Shown here: positions 29,245-42,883 of the stretch, one piece after another
How the letters are laid out: each line of letters starts with the position of its first letter
Position numbering within the stretch: position 1 is the stretch's first letter
NCBI RefSeq assembly: GCF_009914755.1
Contig: NC_060925.1
Length of the DNA stretch: 64,000 nucleotides
From: the human T2T-CHM13v2.0 reference genome, Homo sapiens
Direction: 5' to 3' (one strand)
Position numbers and translations under genes: made by a program
The notes under the pieces: model-generated
What the model was told of the DNA's origin: nothing
Database searches by the model: none
Seen by the model: the letters and a program-made list of their open reading frames with translations, nothing else

Positions 29245-29344
29245 CTATGATTAAAAAGCAACATGCAGATATCAGCATTTTTAGAGAGGGTACTTGGGTA
29301 TCAGTTTGGAGAATGGACAGGAAGGGATGAGATGAAACGGGTGG

Positions 29345-29445
29345 CTTTGGAATTACTTGGAAGGCTTTCAAAATTCAGAGTGATGGTTCCTACTCTCATG
29401 TTCTGATTAGTAGGTTTGTGATGAGGCCTGAGAACTTGCATGTTC
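29345..29445. mobile_element. MER5A-like left half (right half at ~37020-37090)
   Basis: TTCTGATTAGTAGG..GGCCTGAGAACTTGCAT; the consensus resumes as TTCCCAGGTGATG..CACACTTTGAGAACCACTG after the L1. Confidence 0.7.
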
Positions 29446-32400
29446 AATGTTTATTATTGATACATAATATTTATACATATTTATGATACATCATATTTAT
29501 ACATATTTATGATGTTACATGCATAGAATGCGTGGTGATGAAGTCTGGATATTTAGTATCCATCATTTTGAGCATATATCATTTCTGTGAGTTAGGAACA
29601 TTTCAAGTCCTTTCTTCTAGCTATGTTGTAATATATAATACATTGTTGTTAACTATGCTCACCCTCCTCTATCATTAGAACGTATTTCTTCTATCTAATG
29701 CTTGTACCCATTAATCAATCTCTCCTCATCACCTCCCCCTCCACCACCCACCCTACGCAGCCTCTGATATCTTTTGTTCTACTTTCTACCTCCATGAGAT
29801 TAACATTTTTCACTCCCACATATGAGTGAGAGTGTACAATACTTGTCTTTCTTTACCTGGCTTATCTCACTTAAGGCTTATCTCACTTTCTTTACCTGGC
29901 TTATCTCACTTAGAACCTCCTGTTCTATCCGTGTTGCTGCAAATGACATGATTTTATTCTTTTTTTATGCCTGGATAATATTCTGTTGTGTATGTATGTA
30001 TATGTTTTATGGATTATATATATATATAACATACATGTTATTGGATACATTATAGTACATACATGTGATTGGATATATATATATATATATATAACATACA
30101 TGTTATATATATTTAAAAATATTTTTTCTTTATTTGTCCATTGATGGACACAGGTTGATTTCATATCTTTGCTATTGTGAACAGTACTGCAGTAAACGTA
30201 GGGTGAAGATATCCTTTTAATATTTATTTTCCCTTTGGGTACATACCCAGGAGTGGGATTGCTGGATCATATGGTAGTTCTATTTTTAGTTTTTTGAAAT
30301 ATTTCCATATTGTTTTCCATAGTGACTGTACTAATTTAAATCCCCTTTTATTCACATCCTTGCCAGAATCTATTTTTTTAAATAATAGTCATTTTAACTG
30401 GGTAAGATAATATCTCATTGTGTTTGATTTGCATTTTCCTGATGGTTAGTGATGTTGAGCAGTTTTTTTCATATACCTGTTGGCCATTCGTATGTTGTCT
30501 TTTGAGAAATGTCTACTCATATCCTCCTTAAAAAGTGGGCAAAGGAGATGAATTATTTATTTATTTATTTACTTACTTATTCATTTTTTTATGTACTGTT
30601 GAGTTGTTTGAGTTCCTCATATATGGATATTAGTCCCATGTTGAATGAATAGTTTACAAATATTTTCTCCCATTAAACAGGCAATGTCTTTACTCTGTTG
30701 ATTGTTTTTTTGCTGTCCAGAAGCTTTTTAGCTCAAAATAGTCCCATTTGTCTATTTTTGTTTTAGTTGTCTGTGCTTTTGAGGTCTTAGCCATAAAATC
30801 TTTGCCTAGACCAATTTCCTGAAGTATTTTCCCTCTGTTTACTTCTAGTAGATTTATAGTTTCGAGTCTTGCCTTTAAGTTGTTAATCCGTCTTGCACTG
30901 ATTTTGTATATGGTGAGAGATAAGGGTCAAGTTTCATTGTTCTGCATATAGATATCCAATTTTTCCAGCACAATTTATTGAAGAGGGTGTCTTTTCCCTC
31001 ATGTATGTTCTTGGTGTCTTTGTTGAAAATCAGTTGCCTGTAAATATGTGGATTTATATCTGGGTTCTCTATTCTTTTCCATTGGTCTATGTGTTTGTTT
31101 TTATATCAATACCATACAGTTTTGATTACTATAACCTTGTAATATATTTTGAGGTCAGGCAGTGTGATACCTCCAGCTTTGTTTGTTTATTCGTTTTGCT
31201 CCGGATTGCTTTGTCTATTCAGGTTTGTTTTTGGCTCCATAAGAATTTTACGGTTGCTTTTGTATTTCTGTGAAAAATGTCATTGTTTTGATAAGGATTG
31301 CACTGGATCTGGAGATTGTTTTGGGGAGTAGGGTCACTTCAACAATATTTATTCTTCCTGTCCATGAGCATGGAATGTCTATTCGTTTCTGTCCTCTTCA
31401 ATTTCTTTCATCAATGTGTTGTAGTTTTTCTTACAGAGGTCTTCTGTCTTCTTGGTTAAATTTATTCCTAAGTTATTTATTTTTTGTAGCTATTTGAGAT
31501 TGGATTGCCTTCATTTCTTTCTCAGCTAGTTCATTATTGTTCTGTAGGAACTAGTGATTTTTGTATGTTGATTTTGTATACTGCAACTTTACTGAGTTCA
31601 TCAGAACTAATGGTTTTTTGGTGGCATCTTATATTTTCTAGATAAAAGCTTATGTCATTTGTAAAGAGAAACAGTTTGACTTCCTGTCTTTCAGTTTGGA
31701 ATCCTTTTATTTCTTTCTCTTGCCTGATTTCTCTGGCTAGGAATTCTAGCACTATGTTATGTTAAGTAGGAGTGGTGAAAGTGAGCATCCTTGTCTTGTT
31801 CCAATTATTAGAGGAAAGGCTTTCATCTTTTCCCCATTCAGTATGATGTTAGCTGTGGGTTTGCCATATATGCCTTTATTAAGTTGAGGTATGTTCCTAC
31901 TATACCTAGATTATTGAGAATTTTTATCGTGAAGGGATGTTGAATTTTATCAAATGCTTTTTCTGTGTCCATTGAGATGATCATATGGCTTTTGTTTTTC
32001 ACTCTTGATTTGATATATCACATTTATTGATTTGCATATGTACAACCATTTTTGCATCCCTGGGATAAATCCCACTTGATTATGGTATTTTCTTTAGATG
32101 TGCTGTTGAACTTAACTTGTTAGTGTTTTGTTAAGGATTTTTGCATCTCTGTTCATCAGGATATTGGCCTGTAGTTTTCTTTTTTGTTGTATTCTTGTCT
32201 GGTTTTGGTATCAGGGTAATGCTGACCTGGTGGAATAAGTTAGGGAGCATTCCCTTCTCTTCTATTTTTTTTGGGGGGTGGGAAGAGTTTGAGGAAAATT
32301 AGTGTTCTTTGTACGTTTTGTAGAATTTGGCAGTGACACCATCTGGTCCTGGACTTTTCTTTGTTGGGAGACTTTTTATTACTGATTCAATCTCACAACT

Positions 32401-33532
32401 CATTGTTAGTCTGTTCAGGTTTGCTATTTCTTCCTGATTCAATCTTGGTAGATTGTATGTGTCCAGGAATTTATTCATTTCCTCTAGATTTTCCAGTATA
32501 TTATTGTATAGTTGTTCATAATAGTCTCTGATGATCTTTTATATTTCTGTGGTATCAGTTGTAATGTCTCATTTTTAATTTCTGATTTTGTTCATTTGGG
32601 TCTTCTCTCTCATTTTCTTGGTTAGTCTAGCTAGCAGTTTATCAATTTTGTTTATTTTTTCATAAAACTAACTTTATTTTGTTGATTCTTTGTGGGTTTT
32701 TTTAGTCTTTATTTTGTTTAGTTCTGTTCTAATCTTCATTACTTATTTCTTCCTACTGATTTTGTTCTTGCTTTTCTGGTTCCTTGATATACACTGTTAG
32801 ATTGTTTATTTGAGATCTTTCTACTTTTTTGATGTAGGCGTTTATTATTTTAAGCTTTCCTTTTAGTACTAGTTTTGTTGTATCTCATAGGTTTTGGTGT
32901 TTTGTGTTTCCAATTTCATTTGCTTCTAGGATTTTTTTTATTTCTTCCTTAATTTCTTCCTGGTCTCAGTAGTCATTGAGGAGCAGGTTGTTTAATTTCC
33001 ATGTATTTGTGCAGTTTCTAAAGTTCCTCTTGTTGCTGATTTCTACTTTTATTTCATTGAGATCTGAGAAGATACTTGATATGATTTCGATATTTAAAAT
33101 GTGTTGATATTTTTGTGTCCTAACACATTATCTACTCTGAAGAATGTTCCATGTGATGATGAGAAGAATGTGTGTTCTCTAGCTGTTGAATGCAATGTTC
33201 TGTAAATGTCTGTTAGGTCCATTTGGTCTAAAGTTCAGTTTAAATCCTAGATTTCTTTGTTAATTTTCTGTCTAGATGATCCTACTGTTGCTGAGAGTGT
33301 GATGTTGATGTCTCCTACTATTATTGTATTTGAGTCTGTCTCTCCCTTTAGATCTAATAATATGTTTTATATATCTGTGTGCTCCATTGTTGGGTACAAT
33401 CATCCTCTTGCTGAATTGAAACTTTTATCATGTTATCATCTTCTTTATAAGCGGAAAGTTTAATCTGTTTACATTCAAGGTTATTATTGATATGTAAGGG
33501 CAAATTCAAGTCATTTCCTTAATTGATTTCTG

Positions 33533-33844
33533 TATTTTATTTTGTTTTATTTATTTATTTTTGAGACGAAGTCTCACTCTGTTGCCTAGGCTGGAGGGCA
33601 GTGACGCTATCTCGGCTCAGTGCAACCTCCGCCTCCCGGGTTAAAGCAGTTCTCCTGCCTCAGCCTTCCAAGTAGCTGGGATTACAGACGCCCGCCATCT
33701 CACCTGGCTGATTTTTGTATTTTTAGTAGAGACGAGATTTCACCATTTTGGCCAGGTTGGTCTCAAACTCCTGACCTCAGGTGATCCACCTGCCTCACCC
33801 TCCCAAAGTGCTAGGATTACAGGTGTGAGCCACTATTTCCGGCC
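33533..33844 (-). mobile_element. AluSx-like nested in the L1MA
   Basis: TSD TCCTTAA(T/C)TGATTTCTG (33516-33532 / 33845-33861). Confidence 0.94.
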
Positions 33845-34587
33845 TCCTTAACTGATTTCTGATTGCTTTGTATATCCTTTCTTCCTTTCTTTTTCTCTTA
33901 TTGTTCATCATTGTGGTTTTGTAGTTTTCTATAGTGGCAACATTTGGATCCTTCCTCTTCCTTATTTGTGCATTTGCTCTACCAGTAGGTTTTATACTTT
34001 TGCATGCTTTCATGATGGTGGATATCATTCTTTTGCTTGCAGGTGTAGGACTACCATAAGCTTTTATTGTAGGCCCAGTCTTTTGGTGATTAGTACCTTC
34101 AACTTTTGCTTGTCTAGGAAAGACTGTATTTCTCCATCATTTATGGAGGGTAACTTTGCTGGGAAGAGTATCTTGGGCTGGCAGTTTTTTTTTTTTCAGC
34201 TCTTTGAATATATCATTCAGTTCTCTCCTGGCCAGTAAGGTTTTTGCTGAGAAATCAGCTGTTATTCTGACGGGGGGGGTGGTTCTCTTATAAGTGACTA
34301 GATGCTTATCTCTTGCTGTTTTTAGAATTTGTTCTTTGCCTCTCACTTTTGACAGTTTGACTCTAATGTGCCGCAGAGAAAACCTTTTTGAATTGTATCT
34401 ATTTGGGGATTTCTGACCTTCCTGTATCTGTATGTCTAAATCTCTTACTAGACTTGGGAATTTTTTTTAGCTATTGTTCCACTAAGTAGGTTTTTGATCC
34501 CTTTCATTTATTCTTCATCTTCTGGGACACTGAAAATTCAAATATTTGTTTGCTTTATGGTGTCCCATGTGTGATGTAGTCTTGTTC

Positions 34588-34589
<2 letters not shown>

Positions 34590-34623
<34 letters not shown>

Positions 34624-34920
34624 GAGACAGAGTCTCACTCTGTCACCAGGCTGGAGTGCAGTGGTGCAATCTTGGCTCATTGCAACCTCTGACTCCCTGG
34701 TTCAAGCGATTCTCCTGCGTCAGCCTCCTGAGTAGCTGGGATTACAGGCATGCACCACCACACCCAGCTAATTTTTGTATTTTATTTTATTTTACTTTTT
34801 TAAGTAGAGATGGGGTTTTACCATGTTGGCCAGGATGATCTCAATCTCCTGACCTCATTATCTGCCTGCCTCAGCCTCCCAAAGTGCTAGGATTACAGAC
34901 GTGAGACACTACGCCTGGCC
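34590..34920 (-). mobile_element. AluSc-like nested in the L1MA
   Basis: Long poly(T) plus reverse Alu; TSD core TGTTCA. Confidence 0.93.
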
Positions 34921-37019
34921 TGTTCATTCATTTTTATTCTTTATTTTTATCTGACTAGGTTATTTCAAAAGACCTGTCTTCAAGTTCTAAAATTCTTTCT
35001 TCTGCTTAATCTAGTTTATTGCTGAAGCTTTCAAATGTATTTTGTATTTTATTCAATGAAGTCTTCCATCCCAGAATTTCTGTTTGGTTCTTTTTTACGA
35101 TATCTATCTTTTTGATAAATTTCTCATTCATATCCTAAATTGTTTTTCTAATCTCTTTGTATTGTTTATATGAATTTTCTTGTATATCACTGAGATTCTT
35201 TAATATCATTATCTTGAATTCTTTTTCTGGAACTTCATGAATGTCTTTTTCATTGGAATTTGTTGCTGGAGAATTATTATGTTCATTTGGAGGTGTAATA
35301 TCTCTTTGTTTTATGTTTATTGTTTATTTACATTGATATTTGTGCATCTGGTATAACAGTCACTTATTCCAACTTTTTTGAATTTGCTTTTATAGGGGAG
35401 GACTTTTTCCTGAAGATGTATCTGTGGTGTTGGTTTGATGTAGCATTTTGCCTTTGATTCTGGATGAATACAGCAGTGTAGTCTCTGTATGATTTTTTTC
35501 ATCTGTAAGTGTCAGTAGTGCTTGTAATTTCCTCAGTGGCTTAGGGTGTGGTTGTTAGTGGAGGTCATGGTAAAGTTTTGCTGGTGATGAGGATGCTAGG
35601 TGGGCCAGTCCTCAATCACTGGCAGGTGCTTGAGGTGGCAGTGGCAGGCTGAGCATGCCTGTCCTTTGGTCTTAGGGTGGTGTATGCTGGCCCTGATATT
35701 AGCAGGTTCAGTCAGGCCAGTTGGACCTCCAGGTGGCTTGCTTGGGTGCCAGCAGTGGAAGAAGTGGGCTGGGTGGCTGGGAGGGTCCTTAGGCTCCTAG
35801 GCAGTGGGCATCGTGCTGAGGGACGCAGTAGTAGTGGTGAGACAAGCCTTAGGCTCCCAAGTGGTTTGCGCTGGTGTTGCAGTGGCTATGACAGGCCACG
35901 CGGGGCAGTCTCAAGGCTTGCAGGTGGCATGGGTGAGTGGATGGTGTGGGTGGGTGGGTGCTAGCTGTGGTGTTAGCAGTAGGTTGGGTGGGTTTGTCCT
36001 CAGGCCCTCAGAAGGAGTGCTCAGGTGTCAATGGTGGTGAATGGGGCAGGGCCATTCCCAAGCCTCTGGGTGGTGGTCTTGGGCTCTGGGGGAGTGGGAT
36101 GGGTTTTAACATGGTTAAATGGTCCTGTTCTCTGGCCCCTAGGTGGTACGTGTGGGTGCTGGCTGTGGTAAGTAGGATAGGGGTGGACCCCAGGTCCCCC
36201 CTACCCCTGGCAGAATAGCTGGATGGGGGTGGCAGCGACTGTGTGGTGGCCCTGAGGCCCTGCTGCTGGGGAGGGTGGAGTTACCATGGCAGCAGTTGTA
36301 AACAGGTGACTGGGGGAGCTTGTGCTGTGGCTCCATATGGCGGCTGCAAGAGGGGTGCCCCATCCTCAGGGTGCTCTTAAATGCACAGAGGCCTTGTTGC
36401 TAGGGACAGCAGGGTCGTTGGCAAAGGCTTGTGCTTTGGCCCTGGCTGCGGTTGGAGGATATCAGGGGAGCCCCGGGGATGTGGAGATGCAGGGGCTATT
36501 GGGCCCCAGGCCAGGATGCAGTCTGGTGGGGGCTGACATTTCAAAACAGTGCCCTCCTGTAACTGCTTGTGACACAGCAGGTGAGTGGAACTCAGTGCGC
36601 GCTCCCTCTGGAGGGGTGCCGCTGCCTGATCTCCGGGTGGCTCCCAATGTTAGCCTCAGGGCCTGTGCAGGCCGCGGGGTTCTCCCATGGCTACGATTGC
36701 AGGAGTCTGTGGTGGAAATGTGGGCTGCTGGGGTCGCTCACTTAACTTTACCACATGAGGGAGCCTGGAGAACCTTAATCACATTAGAGAACCTCTCTAG
36801 CTCCCAGCCGATCCTGGCTGAGCAGACTGCCCCACTTCCCTCTTCTTCTTTGCCTCCCATGTTACCTGTCACTTATTTCTTGAATTCCAATGTTCTCTCT
36901 TATGTGATCTGTTTGACCTGTGATATCTACTCACTATTTCAGTTCTTGTTTGTGGAGGAGGCGAGTACCAGGTGCCTCTAGTCAGCCATCTTGAAACTCC
37001 CCTCTAACTTTTCCTTGGA

Positions 37020-37090
37020 TTTTTGATAACTTCCCAGGTGATGATGGTGCCCATTTGTCCAAGGAACACACTTTGAGAACCACTGGACTA
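37020..37090. mobile_element. MER5A-like right half
   Basis: CCCAGGTGATGATGGTG..GAACACACTTTGAGAACCACTG. Confidence 0.75.
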
Positions 37091-37099
37091 GAGTTTGGG

Positions 37100-37810
37100 A
37101 GATCAATCAGAAATCTTTTGCATTTATCTATGTAAGATAAAGTATAGAACTAAATGCTGAAAATAGAGTTAAGGAGGAGGGGTGGTTTCCGCAAATACAG
37201 AGCAGCTGTAATTGGCAGGACTTGATACCAGACCAGAGTATGCAGGTGAAGGGGAGGTAGGAGTCTTGACTGGTTTCTAGATTCCTAACATTGGTAGGTG
37301 GATGAAGAATAGTGGTACCTTTATCTCAATATATAGCATAAAGGAGAAGAAGCTGGCTGGTGGTGTTGGGGTGGAACTGATATGTGTGTCATTTTAGACA
37401 TGTCAAATGCAGATTATGGGGACAATTTAAATAGAGATGTCTTTTCACGAAGTAGGAGACTGCCAAGTTGAAGATGCAGACATGTATGTCTCTACAGGAG
37501 AAATTATAGGTTATAATGTGATGAGAATAGGTTATAATGCGACGAAAATAAGATATAGAGAACAGAACTCTAGGATACGCAAATATTTAAGGTGAAATCA
37601 GAATAATTCATCTTCAAAAGAACTGAGAAGAAATGTTAGGAGCCCTGGAAGAGAAGTTACTACAAGGGTGTGATCAACATGTCAATACTATAGGGAGGTC
37701 GAATGATAGATGGATTGAAACATGCCTATTGCATTGAGAAACCAGAAGATGATAGAAAACCTTGATAAAAGCATTTTCATCAAGCAGCATGATTCAGCCC
37801 GGATTGCACT
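37100..37810 (-). mobile_element. L2 relic
   Basis: Degenerate L2 body (TTTTAGACATG, ACAGAACTCTAGG..ATATTTAAGG, ATCAACATGTCAA). Confidence 0.55.
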
Positions 37811-38094
37811 GACTTGTGGTTACAAACTGGTTTTCAGGACAGAGTATACACCTTCTGCTTCTCTGATATTAAATTCCTACTTTTTAAGCTCTTAAGAGGA
37901 CAATGCTATGGATAGAAATACTTTGCTGTACTAATAGGCCCATATTCTAGTTTTAACCTCATTTTTCTAGGTGGAATTTAGAAAAATGTTTAGTTAACAT
38001 TTAGAATCAAAATGTATATGTTGCTTTTTCTTTTGCAAAAGCAGCGCCTTTTGGGAGATATCGTGCCTTACCAAGAGGCTTTCAGAAATGATCA

Positions 38095-38427
<333 letters not shown>

Positions 38428-39589
38428 GATCAGGGTGGTTTTCGTGGTTGGTCCTTCTGAAAGTGTTATGTTTTATTCGTCACCCCCATCCGTGCTGGGG
38501 CACCCAGAGTGCTATTATTGCTATTAAGAATATTGTTTTACTCTGTGACTTTGTGTAACAGTTGGGTATGATTATTTTATTACTATCCTGATTGACCCAA
38601 CTTAAACCATAAGGGAAGACAGGGTACAAAGATGCAATAGCTGTTAGAGCAGCTGTCACTTCTGGTAATTTGACTATAACCACTTTCTTTCCTTTTCCTC
38701 CAGTGTTTTTCTAAGCAGATTTAAAACAAAACACTGGGAGTAAATAGAAAATGCTGCCCCTCACACGATCAGGCCTGGGATAAGTTTCATAAGCAGAATT
38801 TCCTGGTGATGCTGTTGTCTGGAAAACATGGTCAAAAAATATCTATCTGTTCTGTAACAGCCTTCCCACCTCTGTTTTAGGAACCCTTCGCATGGGATCG
38901 TGTGCCCTGATTCTTTAAGACTTGCTGGAAATCCAGACTTGAGATTGTGCTGATGCAGCCCTTTTAATTTGATGCTTGTATCCCTCTGTTAATTAGTAGG
39001 AAAGTTCTCCCCAAAATGTGGGTCAAATGCAGAATGAGAGGAACTTCCAGTAAAATAGTGAGCTTTCTATGTGACCCAAGTGAAAGCACTTTTTTAAAAA
39101 AAATTTTCATGACACAACCAAACTAATCTAGCAGATTCTCTATGTGTGTACTTTTATTTTGCGCTTCACTTGCTGACGTGTTTGAAGTTTCAGTGTGTCA
39201 AGGCTCCACATTGAAAGAAAAAAGAACACTTCAAATCTCAGGCTGCAAATGATCATATGTGTAATTGTGATTTTACAGAGACCAGACTAATTTCCTAGAC
39301 CATTAGAAATTTTACTTGTTGACAGATCAGGCTCTCAAAAGACTGGTTAAAAAACATGTCTTTGAGGCTGATGGTGAATAATGGGGGAAAATGGTGGATT
39401 TTGAAGATTTATGATATAAAACCCAAAAGCTCTCTTCAAACATTAAAAAAAACACTGTTTTGAATACTTTAGGTAATGACGTGAGATCTTTTCTCTGAAT
39501 TTGTTCTTCATTTAGGATTTTTTAAAATGCTAGTAAGCATATTGGAGTTCAAATTAACATTTTCCCCTTTTACTTTCTTTCTCGAGCAG

Positions 39590-39677
39590 GTTGTCAAGTT
39601 ATTAAGCAACAAAAGATCACAAGCAGTTGGAATACTAATGTCTAGCCTTCATTTAGATATGAAAGACATACAACATG
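39590..39677 (+). CDS. FMN2: Formin-2 internal coding exon (FH2 domain; probably exon 7), 88 nt, phase 0 to phase 1
   Basis: Polypyrimidine tract TTTTCCCCTTTTACTTTCTTTCTC then CAG acceptor (39587-39589); donor ATG|GTAAGT at 39678. Translation [29 protein letters not shown] matches the recalled FMN2 FH2 sequence (FMN1 has [29 protein letters not shown]). Confidence 0.95.
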
Positions 39678-39910
39678 GTAAGTGTCAAAATGAAAATTTA
39701 GCTTCTGAATATTAAAATTTGGGCTGAAGGATATGATGTTTGTTGGTAATGTTATTTCAAACTTAGAGTTTCTGTGTAAACCGAGGTTAGTATATATCCC
39801 GTAAGTGTGATCAAGCTATCTCCCATGATTGTTTCTGGAAGGATTACTATTAATTTGCCTGTGGTGTTATTTATATACCTTACTAACAGTCTAATTATCA
39901 TGTGACATTA

Positions 39911-40258
39911 TTATCTTAGTTCAGGCTACTATAACCAAGTACCCCAGACTGGTGGGTGATAAATAAGAGAAATTTATTTCTCACAGTTCTAGGAGGCTGA
40001 AAGTTCGAGATCAGGGTGCCAGCATATTCGGTTCTGGTGAGGGCCGTCTTTCAGGTTGCAGACTGCCATCTTCTCCATGTATCCTCAATTGGCAGAAAGA
40101 AGGAAAGAGAGCTCTCTTGTGTCTGTTTTATAAGGGGACTGATCCCACGCACGAGAATTCTACCCTTGTGACCTAATGACCACGCGACCTAGTGACCACC
40201 ACCTAGGATCCTGTCTCCTTGTACCTTCACATGGGAGTGAGGTTTGCAACATATGAAC
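39911..40258 (-). mobile_element. MLT1A/MSTD-like MaLR LTR
   Basis: TCTTAGTTCAGGCTACTATAAC..ATTTATTTCTCACAGTTCT..GAGATCAGGGTGCCAGCA..CAACATATGAA. Confidence 0.82.
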
Positions 40259-41399
40259 AGAAATATTTTCTGTTTGGAATTAGAGTGGTTCTTAACATTT
40301 TATAAATGGCTTTAGTGTCAATATTTTAATACTTGGATTCTACTGTACAATTGACGGCCATTCTTATGCCATATCCTCCTATGATATTTATGCTGAGAGA
40401 TACTGCCCAAAGGTGAATAGAGTAATGAAGTGTAAATTCAGAGTGTCCCTTAAGCTGACTAGAACCTAAGAATAGATTTAAAGCAGATTGAATTATCCAA
40501 TGGAATGCCAGTTTACCTATTAAAGAAATATGGTTTCAAGAATAACACAGACCTTATAATCACAAAAGCATTTAACTGGCTTTCTAGCTTACCCCTTTAT
40601 GAATGTGGATTCTATTTGTTGGGCTTAAAATCTTGTGTGGGATAATTCATAAATAGCACAAGCTTGGTATGCCCTGTCAATTGATGAGTAACTCTTAATC
40701 ACAATTTAAGTTTTTATTAAATTGTTTTGATGGGGAGGAGACTTCCTCAAGCTGAAACATTTGGGGTAATAGTCATAGAAGAGAAAGCCAAGGCTGGCGC
40801 CAGGCAGTACTTGGTGTTTCTAAAGCTGGCAGATGTAGCCCAGTTAAGTCATAGGATGAAATCTGAAAATAATGATATGGTTCTTTCCTTCAGTCAAATA
40901 TTCAACTCGGGTTGAGTTGATAATGAGAACCTTATGAACAAGAGTCCGCCTGACATCTGTGTCTGTGGTAAAGCCAGTGAGAGTTCATTGAAAATTTGCT
41001 TGCTTTAACATGCAACGCTAGCAATAACATGGCATGAAAGGCAGTAGTTGAAGGGTCATACAGAATCATGCAGAAACTTTATCCCATTAGGATGTGAAGT
41101 GATTGCTTTAGTCCCTTTGAAACCCTGTACACTTTTTTTTTTTTTTTTTTTTTTAATATGGTGGCCTTCCAAGTCTAAAGCAGCAAGAGGTTGTGCCCTC
41201 CTGCAGGTAAAGTCCTATTCTGCCTTGGTGTATTGTCTGCAAACAGGATTTACATGTGTGAATCGCTTGTGTCCTCTAGAGCAAACTTGACTTCTCTCAG
41301 GATATGCCTCCACTGAGAAGTCCACAGAAGCATAAACATCATTGATTTTGGATATAGAAGTGGCCACAGAATTTATCTAGACCTCCAGCGTCATTTTTA

Positions 41400-42883
41400 A
41401 AAAATACTTTTTATTTCCATAGGTTTTTGGGGAACAGGTGGTATTTGGTTACATGAGTAAGTTCTTTAGTGGTGATCTGAGATTTTGGTGCACACATCAC
41501 CCAAGCAGTATACACTGAACCCAATTTGTAGTCTTTTATTCCTCACCCCCTCCCACCCTTCCACCAAGTCCCCAAAGTCCATTGTATCACTTTTTATGCC
41601 TTTGCATCCTCATAGCTTAGCTCTCACTTATGAATGTGAGAACATACAATGTTTGGTTTTCCATTCCTGAGTTACTTCACTTAGAATAATAGTCCCCAGT
41701 TCCATCTAGGTTGCTGTGAATGCCATTAATTCGTTCCTTTTTATAGCTGAGTATTATTTCATCATATGGAATATGCCACAATTCTTTATCTACTCGTTGA
41801 TTGATGGGCATTTAGGCTGGTTCCATATTTTTGCAATTGTGAATTGTGCTGCTATAAACATGCACGTACAAGTATCTTTTTCGTACAATGGCTTCTTTTC
41901 CTCTGGGTAGATATCCAGTAGTGGGATTGCTGGATCCAATGGCAGTTCTACTTTTAGTTATTTAAGGAATCTCCACACTGTTTTCCATAGTGGTTGTACT
42001 GGTTTACATTCCCACCAGCAGTGTAGAAATGTTCCCGTTTCACTGCATCCATGCCAACATCTATTATTTTTTTATTTTTTTTTAATGTGGCCATTCTTGC
42101 AGGAGTAAGGTGGTATCACATTGTGGTTTTGATTTGCATTTCCCTGATCATTAGTGATGCTGAGCATTTTTTCATGTTTGTTGGCCATTTGTATATCTTC
42201 TTTTGAGAATTGTCTATTTATATCCTTAGCCCACTTTTTGATGGAATTGTTTGTTTTCTTCTTGCTAATTTGTTTGTGTTCCTTGTAGATTCTGGATATT
42301 GGTCCTCTGTCAGATGTATAGATTGTGAAGACTTTCTCCCACTCTGTGGGTTGTCTGTTTACTCTGCTGACTATTCCTTTTGACACGCGGAAGCTCTTTA
42401 GTTTAATTAAGTCCCAGCTATTTATCTTTGTTTTCGTAGCATTTGCTTTGGGTTCTTGGTCATGAAGTCTTTGCTTAAGCCAATGTCTAGAAGGGTTTTC
42501 CCAAAGTTATCTTCTAGAATTTTTATAGTTTCAGGTCTTAGGTTTAAGTCCTTGACCCATCTTGAATTGATTTTTGTATAATGTGAGAGATGAGGATCCA
42601 GTTTCATTCTCCTACAGTGTCTTGCCAATTATCCCAGCACCATTTGTTGAATAAAGTGTCCCTTCCTCACTTTATGTTTTTGTTTGCTTTGTCAAAGATC
42701 AGTTGGCTGTAAGTATTTCACTTTATTTCTGGGTTGTCTGTTCTGTTTCATTGTTCTGTGTGTCTATTTTTATACCAGTACCATGCTGTTTTGGTGACTA
42801 TGGCCTTATAGTATAGTTTGAAGTCAGATAATGTGATGCTTCCAGATCTGTTCTTTTTGCTTAGTCTTTCTTTGGCTATGTGG
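41400..42883 (-). mobile_element. 5'-truncated L1PB1-like
   Basis: TTTTTGGGGAACAGGTGGTATTTGGTTACATG 3' end; ORF2 C-terminal fragments; TSD CATTTTTA (41392-41399 / 42884-42891). Confidence 0.9.

Larger units (their letters stand above)
29447..37003 (-). mobile_element. Near full-length L1MA-type LINE-1 (5'UTR, ORF1, ORF2, 3'UTR; all disabled)
   Basis: L1MA-type 3'UTR at 29447; ORF2 remnants to ~33495 (ISIITLNVN start); ORF1 remnants (EQILKTAR..VRITADFS); GC-rich 5'UTR 35550-37003 ending in minus-strand GGGGAGTTTCAAGATGGCTGACTAG. Confidence 0.88.

Noticed and set aside
29459-29911. Small tandem duplications in the L1MA 3'UTR (similar ones at ~5076, 37506, 40169 and 58628)
   Set aside because: Ordinary slippage events with no sign of function.
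39584-39589. GAGCAG NAGNAG acceptor
   Set aside because: A proximal GAG is rarely used; no sequence evidence for alternative use.
39527-39715. 62-aa ORF as a stand-alone gene
   Set aside because: Only 39590-39677 is coding; the rest is intronic read-through past the splice sites.
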